Positions 1 through 10,915 of a DNA stretch of 64,000 nt are shown piece after piece. The DNA is from Eledone cirrhosa (Eukaryota). Position 1 is the first letter of the stretch; each line of letters begins with the position of its first letter. The DNA lies in assembly GCA_964016885.1 (NCBI GenBank), contig OZ024752.1, positions 33,790,001 through 33,854,000 of the forward strand, in the 5' to 3' direction. The notes beneath the pieces are model-generated. The model saw only the letters and a program-made list of their open reading frames with translations. It made no database searches and had not been told where the DNA came from. Both the position numbers and the translations under genes were made by a program.

Positions 1-1437
1 CCACCCTTGAAAATAATAATAATAACAATGTTTTTGTTTTTTTTAATGTTCATAGTGCCAGATTCCATCTCTGGAAAAGGTGCTAGTAACTCTTTAAGAA
101 AGCCTGTTAGCTATTCCCCCTCCACCTGGGTAAATAGAATTGTTTTGGCCAGAAATACAACACCACAAGGTATTACAAAAGAATGCAAAAGCCAATGTCT
201 CCAGAGCCAGACATTTAAATATAGTTTCATACACCATATTCACAATTTAGTAATTTATAACTCCCTCAGATGACACCTAATTAGCATTAATGAAGTAAAC
301 TAGTTATTGTATTCAGAACAGAGTAATGACACTACTATTCGGCATAAACAAACAGTTGATGGTTTCCTATAGACATTGTTGCAATGGAACAGCAAGTGAC
401 TTTAAATTTTAACTTACATAAGAAACTTTTAATTCCTTAAACAAATGTTTAGGTAATAAATAAATAAATACTCCCACATCTTTGTTTGTTTTTATGAAGA
501 TAACGTAATCTTAAAAAATAACATTGTATATGTATATTATGTGGATGAGGACTTAAGCACATGTGAAACCAACTCTCAAAGATTTAGAAGCGAGAAGGAA
601 ATAACCCATGTGAATATTAATGGTTTCTGATTTAGACACAAGGCCAACAATTTTTGGGGAAGGGAAAAGTTGATTAATCGACCCCAGTGTTATTGGTATT
701 TTATTTTATTGACCCTGTAAGGATGAGAGGCAAAGGGACGTAACTCTATGCCGCGAAGCTTGGTGCTCTACCGATTACTGCCAATCCACCACCTTCCCCA
801 TGGGAATAATAATGAAAGGAGAATTTTTCTGTGTATATATATGTCTACAAGAAAATAAATTACTGCCTATCTGGAGGTGGAAATTGTAATCTTATTTCAC
901 TGTTTTTATTTAAAATCTTAGAATTCAAATTGATAAAACTTACAAGTTTTCTTAAATTTAAACCAGGAGAGGAAACCAAAACAAAATAAAAACAAAAAAA
1001 TATTTGGAATTCAAATCTCAACCAATAATATCATAAATTGTATTAGATTTCAAATTTTTTAAAATTCATATTTTAATTGAATTTCCAATTAAGTTTCAAT
1101 TTTAATTTACTAATATAAAGTAATAATGATTTCTACTCTCACTAATATAAAATAATAATTTAAAAAAAATATTTAATTCCAACTTTCTGAAAACATTTAA
1201 AATGTTTAGTCACCTGACCTGTCTAACTTCATCATGTGACTGACAGTCTAACCCAAGCATAGAAAATAGACATTAAACAGTGATGATGATGATGGTGGTG
1301 GCCTTAATTTGAAATTAAAATCTGAGAAGAAAAAAAAATTAAAATTTATGGAGAAGAGAGAGAGAAGGAGGAAGAGGGAGGGAGGGGACTTATACACACA
1401 AATGTTCAAGTATGCACATAGTGCTAAATATGAAATA

Positions 1438-2022
1438 CCGTATTTGCTGGCCTATTGGACGCCCCTTCGTATAAGATGACCCTTGGTTTTACAAGGACAC
1501 TTTGAAAAATAAAATCATTAGTACATTTCTTCATAAATTTATTAAAAGTTATTTCATTGTTTTTTCAGAAACTCTTATATAAGTTTGACATGGTTTTGCT
1601 GATATAAATTATATTGTACGACTGTATTATTAATACTAATAGTAATGGGTTCTTATATAGGCACAAGGCCAGCAATTTTGGGGGAGGGGAAAGTCGATTA
1701 AATCGACCCCAGTGCGACTGGTACTTTATTTTATCGCCCCCGTAAGGATGAAAGGCAAAGTTAACCTCGGCGGGATTTGAACTCAGACCGTAAAGGGACG
1801 TAACTCTATGCTGCAAAGCATGGCGTCCGACGCTCTACCGACACTGCCAATCCATCGCCTTATTATTAATACTAATAGTAATACAAAGTAAATTTTTTTA
1901 AACCATGATTGTTCTCACCCTCCTTTGGCTTTCCATAGATAATACGGGGGTATTGGACACAGGGAAGATTATTTATAGGCTTTTTTTTTTAAAAAGTACA
2001 TCCAATAGGCTGGCAAATATGG
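1438..2022. mobile_element. Tc1/mariner-pogo-like MITE containing a SINE insertion
   Basis: Imperfect terminal inverted repeats ccgtatttgctggcctattgga / tccaataggctggcaaatatgg, with TA on the left side. Confidence 0.6.
1647..1860 (-). mobile_element. tRNA-derived SINE family A, full length with 22-bp TSD. Other copies near 620-795, 8680-8845, 8860-9070, 14580-14722, 18240-18437(+), 21340-21615, 25775-26117, 28385-28452(+), 29290-29440(+), 31450-31622, 32965-33080(+)
   Basis: A box TGGCAGTGTCGGTAG and B box GAGTTCAAATCC on the minus strand. Central gcctttcatccttacggggtcgataaaataaagtacc resembles Meta/MESC-type SINE cores (from memory). Direct repeat tattattaatactaatagtaat at 1625-1646 and 1861-1882. 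Confidence 0.85.
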
Positions 2023-2379
2023 AATTTAAGGAAATAGAAGGTAAAGAGCACAAGTGATTAGCACTTGTAACTCTTCCAAGAGGATGTTACTCTTCAGTTT
2101 ACTGGTGAAACTAAATGATATATATAAAACAATCCAATAAATAAATTAATAAAAAAAAATTACTAAAGTTGAGCTCTAGTTGGATTAGAAGAAATGCATT
2201 TATGTGCAAAGGTAGGTTTTCTTGTGTCTCAAAATATTTGTAATAATATTTAAATATATATACACACACACACATATATATACATAATATATATATATAT
2301 ATATATAAACATTTATATACAAACACACACACACACACATATACATAATATATATATATACATATAAACATATTTATAA

Positions 2380-2416
<37 letters not shown>

Positions 2417-2579
2417 CAACAAAGGAAGTGTGGTAAATAACTAGGTGGACCATAACGCACTAAAGTACTCGATCTGGCTAGTAGAGTGGGTAATAGGGAA
2501 AGAGTCGGGACCCCGATGGCTGAGCTCTGGCCATGTCGAAACAGCCAGAGCTCAGCCGTCGGGGTCCCAACTTTTTTGC

Positions 2580-2610
<31 letters not shown>

Positions 2611-3333
2611 GAACACTGGTGGGTTATATCCATAATAGTAGAGCACTCAGTCCATGGGACGAGTTTGGTAGAAATAGTTCCACAACAGCCAATTATTCAC
2701 CATACCGAGAACTTCATTGAGACTGAGCCGAGGATCAGAATAAGGTGAAACATTTGTTCTTGGTATGGTGAACTAACTGTTGAGGAACTACTTCTATATA
2801 TATAAACGTTTGGAGTTGTAAGGCCAAGACAATGCAGGTATGGATATAGAATGCAAATGCAAAAGATATTGTTGATAATTAGTCTTTTACCTTAACTTTA
2901 TTTAAATATCCTTAATTTTCGAGATCATATCTCTTCTTCGGAGGGAAGTAAAGGGGTTAATCCAGTGTTCTAATTAGCTTGCCAAGTCATGCTGACAGGA
3001 AAAAATATATATATATATATATATATAAAAAAGGATCGATCGACTTTCATCAAATCGGACCGAGGAAACAATGTTTCTATTGGTCGCAACTCCAGGTAGA
3101 AGGAGCAACGTGAAATAAAGTGTCTTGCTCAAGGACATAACACATCGCCCGGTCCAGGAATCGAACTCACAACCTCAAGAATGTGAATCCAATTCTCTAA
3201 CCACTCAGCCACACGCCTTCACCAATATATATATATCCAGTTCTGCGTTTACAGATTGACTTTGTTAGTTTCAGAAGATCCCGTTAAGGGTGAAAGCAGC
3301 GATTCTTTGCTTAAACTTTAATCTGTTATTTTA

Positions 3334-3366
<33 letters not shown>

Positions 3367-3400
3367 CTGTTTCCATTCTTGCTTTATATATATATATATA

Positions 3401-3808
3401 TATTATTCAAAAATGTTAATAAATGAAAAATATTCTCATAATCAAAATATATATTTTATTATACATATTTCAAAGGTGTTTAAGTACGTTTTCATCAGAT
3501 AAAATATAAGATTTGATATGCGACATACCGCTACGGTTTTGATTATTCAATTACAGTATTGAATAATCAAAACCGTAGCGGTATGTCGCATTTCAAATCT
3601 TATATTTTGTCTGATGAAAACGTACTTAAACACCATTGTACCTTTGAAATATGTATAATAAAATTTATATTTTGATTATGAGAATATTTTTCATTTATTA
3701 ACATTTTGAATAATATTAAATAACTCCAGGAAAATCTCTTGTCAAGTGTTTCTAATCTATTGTAAAATTGTATTCGTTGATTAATCAACGAACCATATTA
3801 ATCTTTGG

Positions 3809-3810
<2 letters not shown>
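3401..3810. mobile_element. Fold-back element (~150-bp arms plus unpaired tail) between (TA)n tracts; probable Penelope-like element remnant
   Basis: Arms 3401-3551 and 3558-3715, with a hammerhead motif in each arm and (TA)n on both sides. Confidence 0.65.
3603..3665 (+). ncRNA. Minimal type I hammerhead ribozyme motif; mirror copy at 3451-3506 on the minus strand
   Basis: Stem I attttgt/ataaaat, CTGATGA at 3611-3617, stem II aaacgtac..gtaccttt, GAAA at 3646, quasi-palindromic ATATGTAT, cleavage triplet AUA ending at 3657. Confidence 0.7.
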
Positions 3811-3852
<42 letters not shown>

Positions 3853-3859
<7 letters not shown>

Positions 3860-4035
3860 AAAAAAGAGACGACTGATTTTACTCGTGGTTGATGTTTTTT
3901 TTTAATAATTCAAATCTTTACAGTAAATGGTTATTGATATTAGTTCTAATATCAATAACAACTTACTGTAAAGATTTGAATTATTAAAGAATACCAACCA
4001 CCAGGGAAGCCATTCTTTTTTTTTTTCAAATATAT
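3853..4035. repeat. Imperfect fold-back element next to (TA)n
   Basis: taataattcaaatctttacagtaa..ttattgatattag / ctaatatcaataa..ttactgtaaagatttgaattatta. Confidence 0.7.
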
Positions 4036-4221
4036 CTTACTATATGAATGACTTTCCTTCATTTTCCACTATATATAAACACACATACACACACACACAT
4101 ATATATATACATATATACACATGCATATAAACGCACACATTAAGTTAGACATGGCCTGGGCCAATACTGGCTGAAACCTATCAAAGTTATATATATATAT
4201 ATATACACACATAAACATACA

Positions 4222-4258
<37 letters not shown>

Positions 4259-4324
4259 TAGATTTATGTTGATTTAAAACTTCACTATTCACAAGTGTTT
4301 TTTAAGCTTCATATCATGTATCCC

Positions 4325-4392
4325 TATTTTATCTGATGAGAACGCAGATATCATCCCATGATGATATATGTTTTTGAAATGCGCATAAAATA
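4325..4392 (+). ncRNA. Minimal type I hammerhead ribozyme motif
   Basis: tattttat-CTGATGA (4333-4339), long stem II, GAAA (4376), perfect palindrome ATGCGCAT, then A. The 3' strand of stem I is shortened. Confidence 0.6.
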
Positions 4393-4429
4393 CTTGGAAC
4401 TCTTTTAACCATCTTTTGATCTTATATTA

Positions 4430-4473
<44 letters not shown>

Positions 4474-4663
4474 CTTAGTTTTCAATTTTCGACATCTCCA
4501 TCGAAACAAAAAAAAAAAAAAAAAAAAAAAATCTAAATAGAAGAACGAGGGGAAAAAAAATTACAAACAACAATTTGTCAAATAACATAGAACAGCCAAT
4601 GGCTCTCTCATTCCAGTTTGGCTTACACTAGTTAAAACACTGTACCAAAACCTTTTCCAAGAC

Positions 4664-4696
<33 letters not shown>

Positions 4697-4852
4697 AATG
4701 ATGGCTGCAAATCGATTTCAAGTAACAAGTAAAGCCATTACTCAATACTTAAGCATGTGCATCACGGACATGGCTCTTTATTCCTGCTAGGGACTTGCCT
4801 ATGGCCAGCAATACCATGCATCGAAAACAATGTCACATATCAAGCAATGCCT

Positions 4853-5086
4853 GTACATATGTATATATATATATATGTATATATATGTATATATATATGT
4901 ATAAATATATGTATATATATATATATATATGTATATATATGTATATATATATGTATAAATATATATATGTATATATATATATATATGTATATATATGTAT
5001 ATATATATGTATATATATGTATATATATATATGTGTATATATATATATGTGTATATATATATATATGTATGTACACGTGTATATAC

Positions 5087-5137
<51 letters not shown>

Positions 5138-5208
5138 TATATGTGTATATATATATATGTATGTACACGTGTATATATATATGTGTATATATATATATGT
5201 ATGTACAC

Positions 5209-5261
<53 letters not shown>

Positions 5262-5378
5262 TATTTATATAAATATACATATATACACACACATATTTAT
5301 ATAAATATACATATATACACACACACATATATATATATATATACACACACACATTTGTATGTATGTATATATATATAA
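4853..5378. repeat. Compound (TA)n/(TG)n microsatellite
   Basis: Direct inspection. Confidence 0.95.
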
Positions 5379-5551
5379 TGTATTTTTAATTTTTTTTAAT
5401 TTTCCGATCAAGTAAAAAAAAATCCCCTATCAGGTTAACTATAGTTCCATGGCTATTTATTAACCTCTTAGACACACATTATCTTCGCTACATAACCAAC
5501 AGCTCAAATCAGACATTTAACTTATATATATATATACATATATATATACAT

Positions 5552-5960
5552 ACAATATATTAATAAATGGAAACTATATTTTTTAAAACCATATTTATTT
5601 TTTATACATATTTCAAGGGCAACCAAGACAAATTATGGTGCGCTTTCATCAGATAAAATACAGATTTGTTTTATAAATAAATATTGACATACCCGGAAAA
5701 AAGACAACCTTAATGGTTGGAGCTTCCTGGATAGTCAATATTTATTTATAAAACAAATCTGTATTTTATCTGATGAAAGCGCACCATAATTTGCCTTGGT
5801 TGCCCTTGAAATATATATAATGAAATAAATATGGTTTTATAAATATAGTTTCCATTTATTAATATATTGTGTATTTACTCCACTAAACTGTTGAGTGCTT
5901 TATATCAGTTATAAACATTTTTAAGCTTGTTGTATCCCAACAAATTAAATATAACCTCTG
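5552..5960. mobile_element. Fold-back element (~145-bp arms plus tail) between (TA)n tracts; probable Penelope-like element remnant
   Basis: Arms near 5552-5695 and 5723-5870, with a hammerhead motif in each arm. Confidence 0.65.
5762..5827 (+). ncRNA. Minimal type I hammerhead ribozyme motif; mirror copy near 5594-5660 on the minus strand
   Basis: Stem I tattttat/atgaaata, CTGATGA at 5770-5776, stem II aagcgcacca..tggttgccctt, GAAA at 5808, palindromic ATATATAT, AUA triplet. Confidence 0.72.
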
Positions 5961-5996
5961 TATATATATATATAATATATACACACACACACAAAA

Positions 5997-6080
5997 AGGT
6001 TGGCTGAAAGGTTCATAAGCTGACCAAGATACTCTCATGGAATGACCCAAATGAGGTTTATTTTTTCAACATAGTCCCTG
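5997..6080 (+). mobile_element. Possible mariner-like terminal fragment
   Basis: ggttggctgaaaggttcata...tttcaacatagtccc resembles mariner termini (from memory only). Confidence 0.35.
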
Positions 6081-6196
6081 GAAAGAAACAATGTAGTTAT
6101 TAATAAGAAATGTTGAAATTAATGCAAGATTTCACAGCTCTAGCATTACTCTGTCATCGCCAGCCTATGAACTTTTTGGTCCTTCCCTTGTATTTG

Positions 6197-6228
<32 letters not shown>

Positions 6229-6287
6229 TATATATATATATATACATACATATATACATACATACATACATACATACATACATACAT

Positions 6288-6319
<32 letters not shown>

Positions 6320-7091
6320 ACGCACACAATATATATATAGTATATACACACATACACATGAACTCTCAGTTACAGGTATATATGTATATATATGCATCTG
6401 TTTAGTCTTGCTTGTTTGATTGAATAAGTCTGCAAAATTGGAATTTGTGGCATCTGTTCTTGGAGAAGTGAATTTTACGGATGGTTGCCCCATCTTAATG
6501 CTAGCCACTGTATCTAGTTTGTTTGTGTTTTTTCTGTCAGCTAGATTTGACTTAGCTGAGGCAAGTGCAGTAAAGTTCCTTGCTGAAGGACACCATATAA
6601 TGTTTGTAGTGTGGGTTATATGTTTTTAACCTCACCCTATCATTTCGGCCATAAGTCCAGCTCCTAAACCACGCAGCCATCATGCCTTCTTAGTCATTCT
6701 TAGCTTTTGAACAAAAAAAAAATAATAAAAATAAAAATAAATAGAGGGAAAAAAAAATTTTTTTTTTTTTTTTACTGTTTAAATCTTTTGTGATTTCTTT
6801 TTTCATAATACTGTCTTTTCAGAGTTGAAATATGTGATTTGGGCCAATCCATAGTGGAGAATAAAACAGACACTAGACAGATATGAATGCAGGTTATATC
6901 ATACAACAAAGTGTGTGGGTATGTGTATGTGTGTGTGAGTGTGTGGAGGAGGAAGTATGGATGGTGGTGGTGGTGGTGGTGGTGGTTGTTGTGGAGGAGG
7001 GGGGGTGGGGTTGTGTTGGAATAGAGTCAAGAGAGAAGAAACCAACTTTTTTTTTTTCTTTTTAAAAGATGGTGAAATTAAAAGAAATAAT

Positions 7092-7627
7092 CTACAGCCG
7101 TTCCCTAGATTTTGTATCTTGTTTAGTATCTGAAGAATATCGAAGTTTTTCTTTTTCTTTGCTAACATCATTCGTGTCTTTCAATGTCTGCTCATTTTCA
7201 ACTGGTGTTTTCTTGGATTCCTTGCTCAGTTCTGGAATATCATTGTCTTTTTTTGGAGATTTATCTTTGTGTCTTTTTTTATGTTCTTTATCATGCTTCT
7301 CTGAGTTTCTTTCATCAAACTGATTCTTGTTATTGGCCACAGCATCAGCATTCTCGATATAATCCTCGTCTAAATCTTCCTCCATATCAAAACTGTCTAT
7401 TTCTGTATCTGGACAACGGAGACAGCGTGGTTCATTAAGACCATATCCTGGACAAGTATTGCCCACACATTGACAGCAGCCGTAGTCATGAAACCATCGG
7501 TAGCGTGCTGCTCCCATTGACTTACACGAAGCCTTGCATTTACGTATTGAAGTACATTGAGACATAAATGCTACTGTACAGTTGACCATGTCAACCTTCT
7601 GGTTCATCTCGACAGAATGAGGACTAC
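7092..7627 (-). CDS. tsg: Twisted gastrulation homologue, last coding exon (C-terminal Tsg domain plus charged tail)
   Basis: Acceptor ttttgcag|G. NCTVAFMSQCTSIRKCKASCKSMGAARYRWFHDYGCCQCVG..C..YG....C..C is the TSG C-terminal signature. The three exons total 969 nt in frame to TAG. Confidence 0.95.
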
Positions 7628-7769
7628 CTGCAAAATAAAACATACATATGTTAGATGCCTGCTAGGAATATGATAAAAAATAAATCTGTTAGGTATATGT
7701 ACCAAGATATATTAAATCTATAGGTACCTTATTAATTGTTGTAAAACATTTATGTACACCATAGTAAAA

Positions 7770-7960
7770 AAGCACCCTGCACTCACTGTAAATGAGGTTG
7801 GTGTTAGGAAGGGCATCCAGCTGTAGAAATCAAGCCAGATCAGTTCCTGTATGAGCAAGGCATGGTCAGCCGACCAGACACTGCCCACAACAGGACAACC
7901 CGTCTAACCCATGCTGGCGTGGAAGAACGGACGTAAAACGGTGATGATGATGATGATGAT
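7770..7960 (+). mobile_element. RTE LINE extreme 3' end
   Basis: Near-identical to 22430-22612; (GAT)n tail. Confidence 0.8.
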
Positions 7961-8089
7961 AGTCTGGTGGAATAAACATTAGTTTATTCTGCGAGACCAA
8001 GTCCTCAGTCTTGTTTTGATTCTAAATTGAAACAATTTCACTGCAAGTGTTGTTTTTGGAAGAGCATAAACATCTAAATAAAAAGTCTA

Positions 8090-8492
8090 AAGTCTGTATC
8101 GAGCCCAGAGGCTTATCAGACCAGTGCTTATTCCAGTTTCCATGGTGTTAAACAACAGAATACTGAGAGTACATGACTCCCCATGGGACAGAACATCAGT
8201 CCATTGCAAGGCTAAGTCTGTCTCAAGCCTGGAGGTTAATCAAGCTGGTGCTTATCCCAGTTTCCATGGGGTAAAGCAACTGAGAGTACAAGACTTCCCA
8301 CTGGACATGACACCAGTCCATTGCAGGGTTAAACCCCCAGCTATTGCTGCTGGTACTCATTTTCAGCTGAGTATACTGGAGCAACGTGAAATGAAGTGTT
8401 TTGCTCAACAACACAACACAACCCAGTACAGATGTCAAACCCATGACATTATGATCGTAAGTCCAACACCCTTACCACTAGGCCACACACCA
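8090..8492 (-). mobile_element. Degenerate tRNA-derived SINE with internally duplicated 3' part; related fragment at 30600-30780
   Basis: tggcctagtggtaaggg head on the minus strand, ttgagcaaaacacttcatttcacgttgctccag, and a duplicated cagtttccatgg..ctgagagtaca block. Confidence 0.65.
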
Positions 8493-9072
8493 CCTAACAC
8501 CACAACACCCCAAATCTTCAATGTAAACAGTTAAAAACTCCTCATAGTAAAGGTAATGCGTTTATGAGTTAACCAAGTGATGTAGATTTGTTTCTTACCT
8601 GACTTTAATGAACAACAAAATTACAATTTTGGTAAAACTACCATATATAGAATGATAGCCAAATATTAAGTGAGTTGATTAAATTCACCCCAATGTGTTA
8701 CTGGTACTTTATTTTACCAACCCCTGTAAGGATGAAAGCCAAAGCTAGCCTGAACGGGATTTGAACTCAGAATGTAAAGGGCCATAACTATATGCCACAA
8801 AGCATATTGTCTGATGCTCTACTGATTACTACGAACCCACCACCTTGACTAGTTATATATAATGGTTTCTGATTTAGGCACAAGACAACAATTTTGAGGG
8901 AGGAGAACATCAATTAAATCAACTCCATGGCATTACTGGTACTTTATTTTATCAATCTCTGTAAAGATGAAAGGCAACGCTAACCTCATCGGTATTTGAA
9001 CTCAGAACATAAAGGTCTATAATTCTATGCCACGAAGCATATTGTTTGATGCTCTACCAATCCACTGCCCCT

Positions 9073-9363
9073 TTAACCTCTTCAGTGCCATAGACGAGAT
9101 AACTCATCTTAACATGTATGCATTCCAGTGCCACAGACGAGATAACTAGTCCTAACATGTTTGAACTTGTTTCCAGCAGTTCATAACTTTAAAGTTATGA
9201 ACTTGTTTCCAAAGTTCACAACGTCAAAGCTAGATGGGGTTACTAGTTTATTGATGTGATGTCTGTCAATTATTCAGATGTGTTGTTAATAAATGTTTGT
9301 TTAAATAAACTGCGGCACAGCAACTGTAGCTGTGTAAAATAAACGCAGCAGTCAACAGGTTAA
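9073..9363. mobile_element. Possible TTAA-flanked MITE (third type)
   Basis: ttaa-cctcttcagtgc ... gcagtcaacagg-ttaa imperfect TIRs, plus an internal direct repeat cagtgccayagacgagataact. Confidence 0.45.
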
Positions 9364-9664
9364 CACCAAGAAATAAAGAATAAATGTAAAGTGAATTTAA
9401 TAGCTTGTGAATATCTTAATCTTTTGGCATTTAAACTGGCTATATCTGGTTAGAGTTCTCTCATCTCTTTCTGTTCAAACCGGCTGTAACCGGCCATTCA
9501 TACTGATGTTAAGGTATTGTTCTCAAAATAAATAATATTAAAATCTCCTAGATTTGATATTATGTGAGATAATTATGTGAGGTAAAGCCTTTACTGTGAA
9601 AATATAATAGTATATATAGACTAATGTAAATGCTAAAGGGTTAAGAAAGGAATTTAATGTGCTT

Positions 9665-9982
9665 ATCATCATTTCATCATTTCATTTTACGTCCGCTTTT
9701 TCCCTGCTTGCAAGGGTGGGACGGGAACTGATTCTGGCTTGATTTCTACAGCTGGATGCCCTTCCTAACACCAACCTCATTTACAGTGAGTGCTGGGTGC
9801 TTTTTTGCTGTGGCACCTCCACGACCACTTTGCAGTGGAATGATATAGACCCCAGTCCCTATCATCTCATTTCTACAGCTGAGTAAACTGGAGCAATGTG
9901 AAATAAAGTGTCTTGCTCAAAGAAACAACATCACCCGGTCTGAGATTTGAACTCACAACCTTTCGATTGCAAGGCCAATGCT
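9665..9982 (-). mobile_element. tRNA-derived SINE family B with RTE-derived 3' tail. Other copies at 32503-32838(-), 36360-36692(-), 11745-12031(+, truncated)
   Basis: Head tggcttagtggttagagc..gagttcaaatc; V-domain-like ttgagcaagacactttatttc; tail gttggtgttaggaagggcatccagctgtagaaa..(gat)n shared with the LINE. Confidence 0.85.
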
Positions 9983-10683
9983 CTAACCACTAAGCCATGT
10001 GCATATAAATACATATACATATAAATACAGTGTACTGCCCAGAAGTAGACCCTGAGTAAGATAGTTGGAAAACATCCATGAGGTCGACTGGTCTCGCTTG
10101 AGGATCCAGTTGGATTAATTTGGTCCAGGTAGACCCCGAACAAGGTGGATGCATAACATCCATGGGCTTATTTAGTCTTGCCACTCATACTGATGTTAAG
10201 GTATTGTTCTCAAAATAAATGATATCAAAATTCTCATAGATTTGATATTATGTGAGATAAAGCGTTTACCGTGAAAATATAATAGTATATATAGAGTAAT
10301 GTAAATGTTAAAGGGTTAAATTACTTTTCCTCCACAATGTAGCAGTATTTTATTAATGACTGTATGTTATAAACTGATAATTGATGATAAATGTTAGTTA
10401 AGCACTTTATACAGAGACCAATATAGATGCTGAAATCTGAGCAGTAACTCTATAAACTAATATATCTTTGTTAATATGAATTAAGCAATAAATACGTCTT
10501 GTTTGAAATAAACATTTCAAACTATTTTGGTCCCAAAGTGATCCACTTATTTATGATGTAAAAAGAAACCTTAACTAGATGTCATTAAAATTAATAAAAT
10601 TTTGATCTTCAGCCGAGAGTCACTCAAATGGAACTATATTGGGATTTAAAAAACCTCTTTCTTTTATAAATATAAATAAATGA

Positions 10684-10915
10684 AGGCGTGTGGCTGAGTG
10701 GTTAGAGAATTGGATTCACAATCTTGAGGTTGTGAGTTCGATTCCTGGACCGGGCGATGCGTTATGTCCTTGAGCAAGACATTTTATTTCACGTTGCTCC
10801 TTCTACCCGGAGTTGCGACCGATAGATAGTACTAGCAACTGGAAAGACCGATGGAAACATTGTTTCCTCGGTCCGATTTGACGAAAGTCGATCGATTTAA
10901 AAAAAAAAAAAAAAA
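10684..10915 (+). mobile_element. tRNA-derived SINE with B-like head and a different tail; second copy at 3030-3221(-)
   Basis: tggctgagtggttagag (A box), gagttcgattcc (B box), tgtccttgagcaagac and an A-rich tail. Confidence 0.8.

Noticed and set aside
4757-5378. YI/VC-repeat ORFs (also 2111-2748, 6110-6508, 24628-25562)
   Set aside because: Microsatellite translations.
7095-7106. ER-retention signal at the TSG C-terminus (RERL)
   Set aside because: Does not fit the KDEL-like xxEL consensus.
10684-10755. tRNA gene
   Set aside because: It has A/B boxes but continues into a SINE body and tail and is multi-copy; it is a SINE head, not a tRNA.
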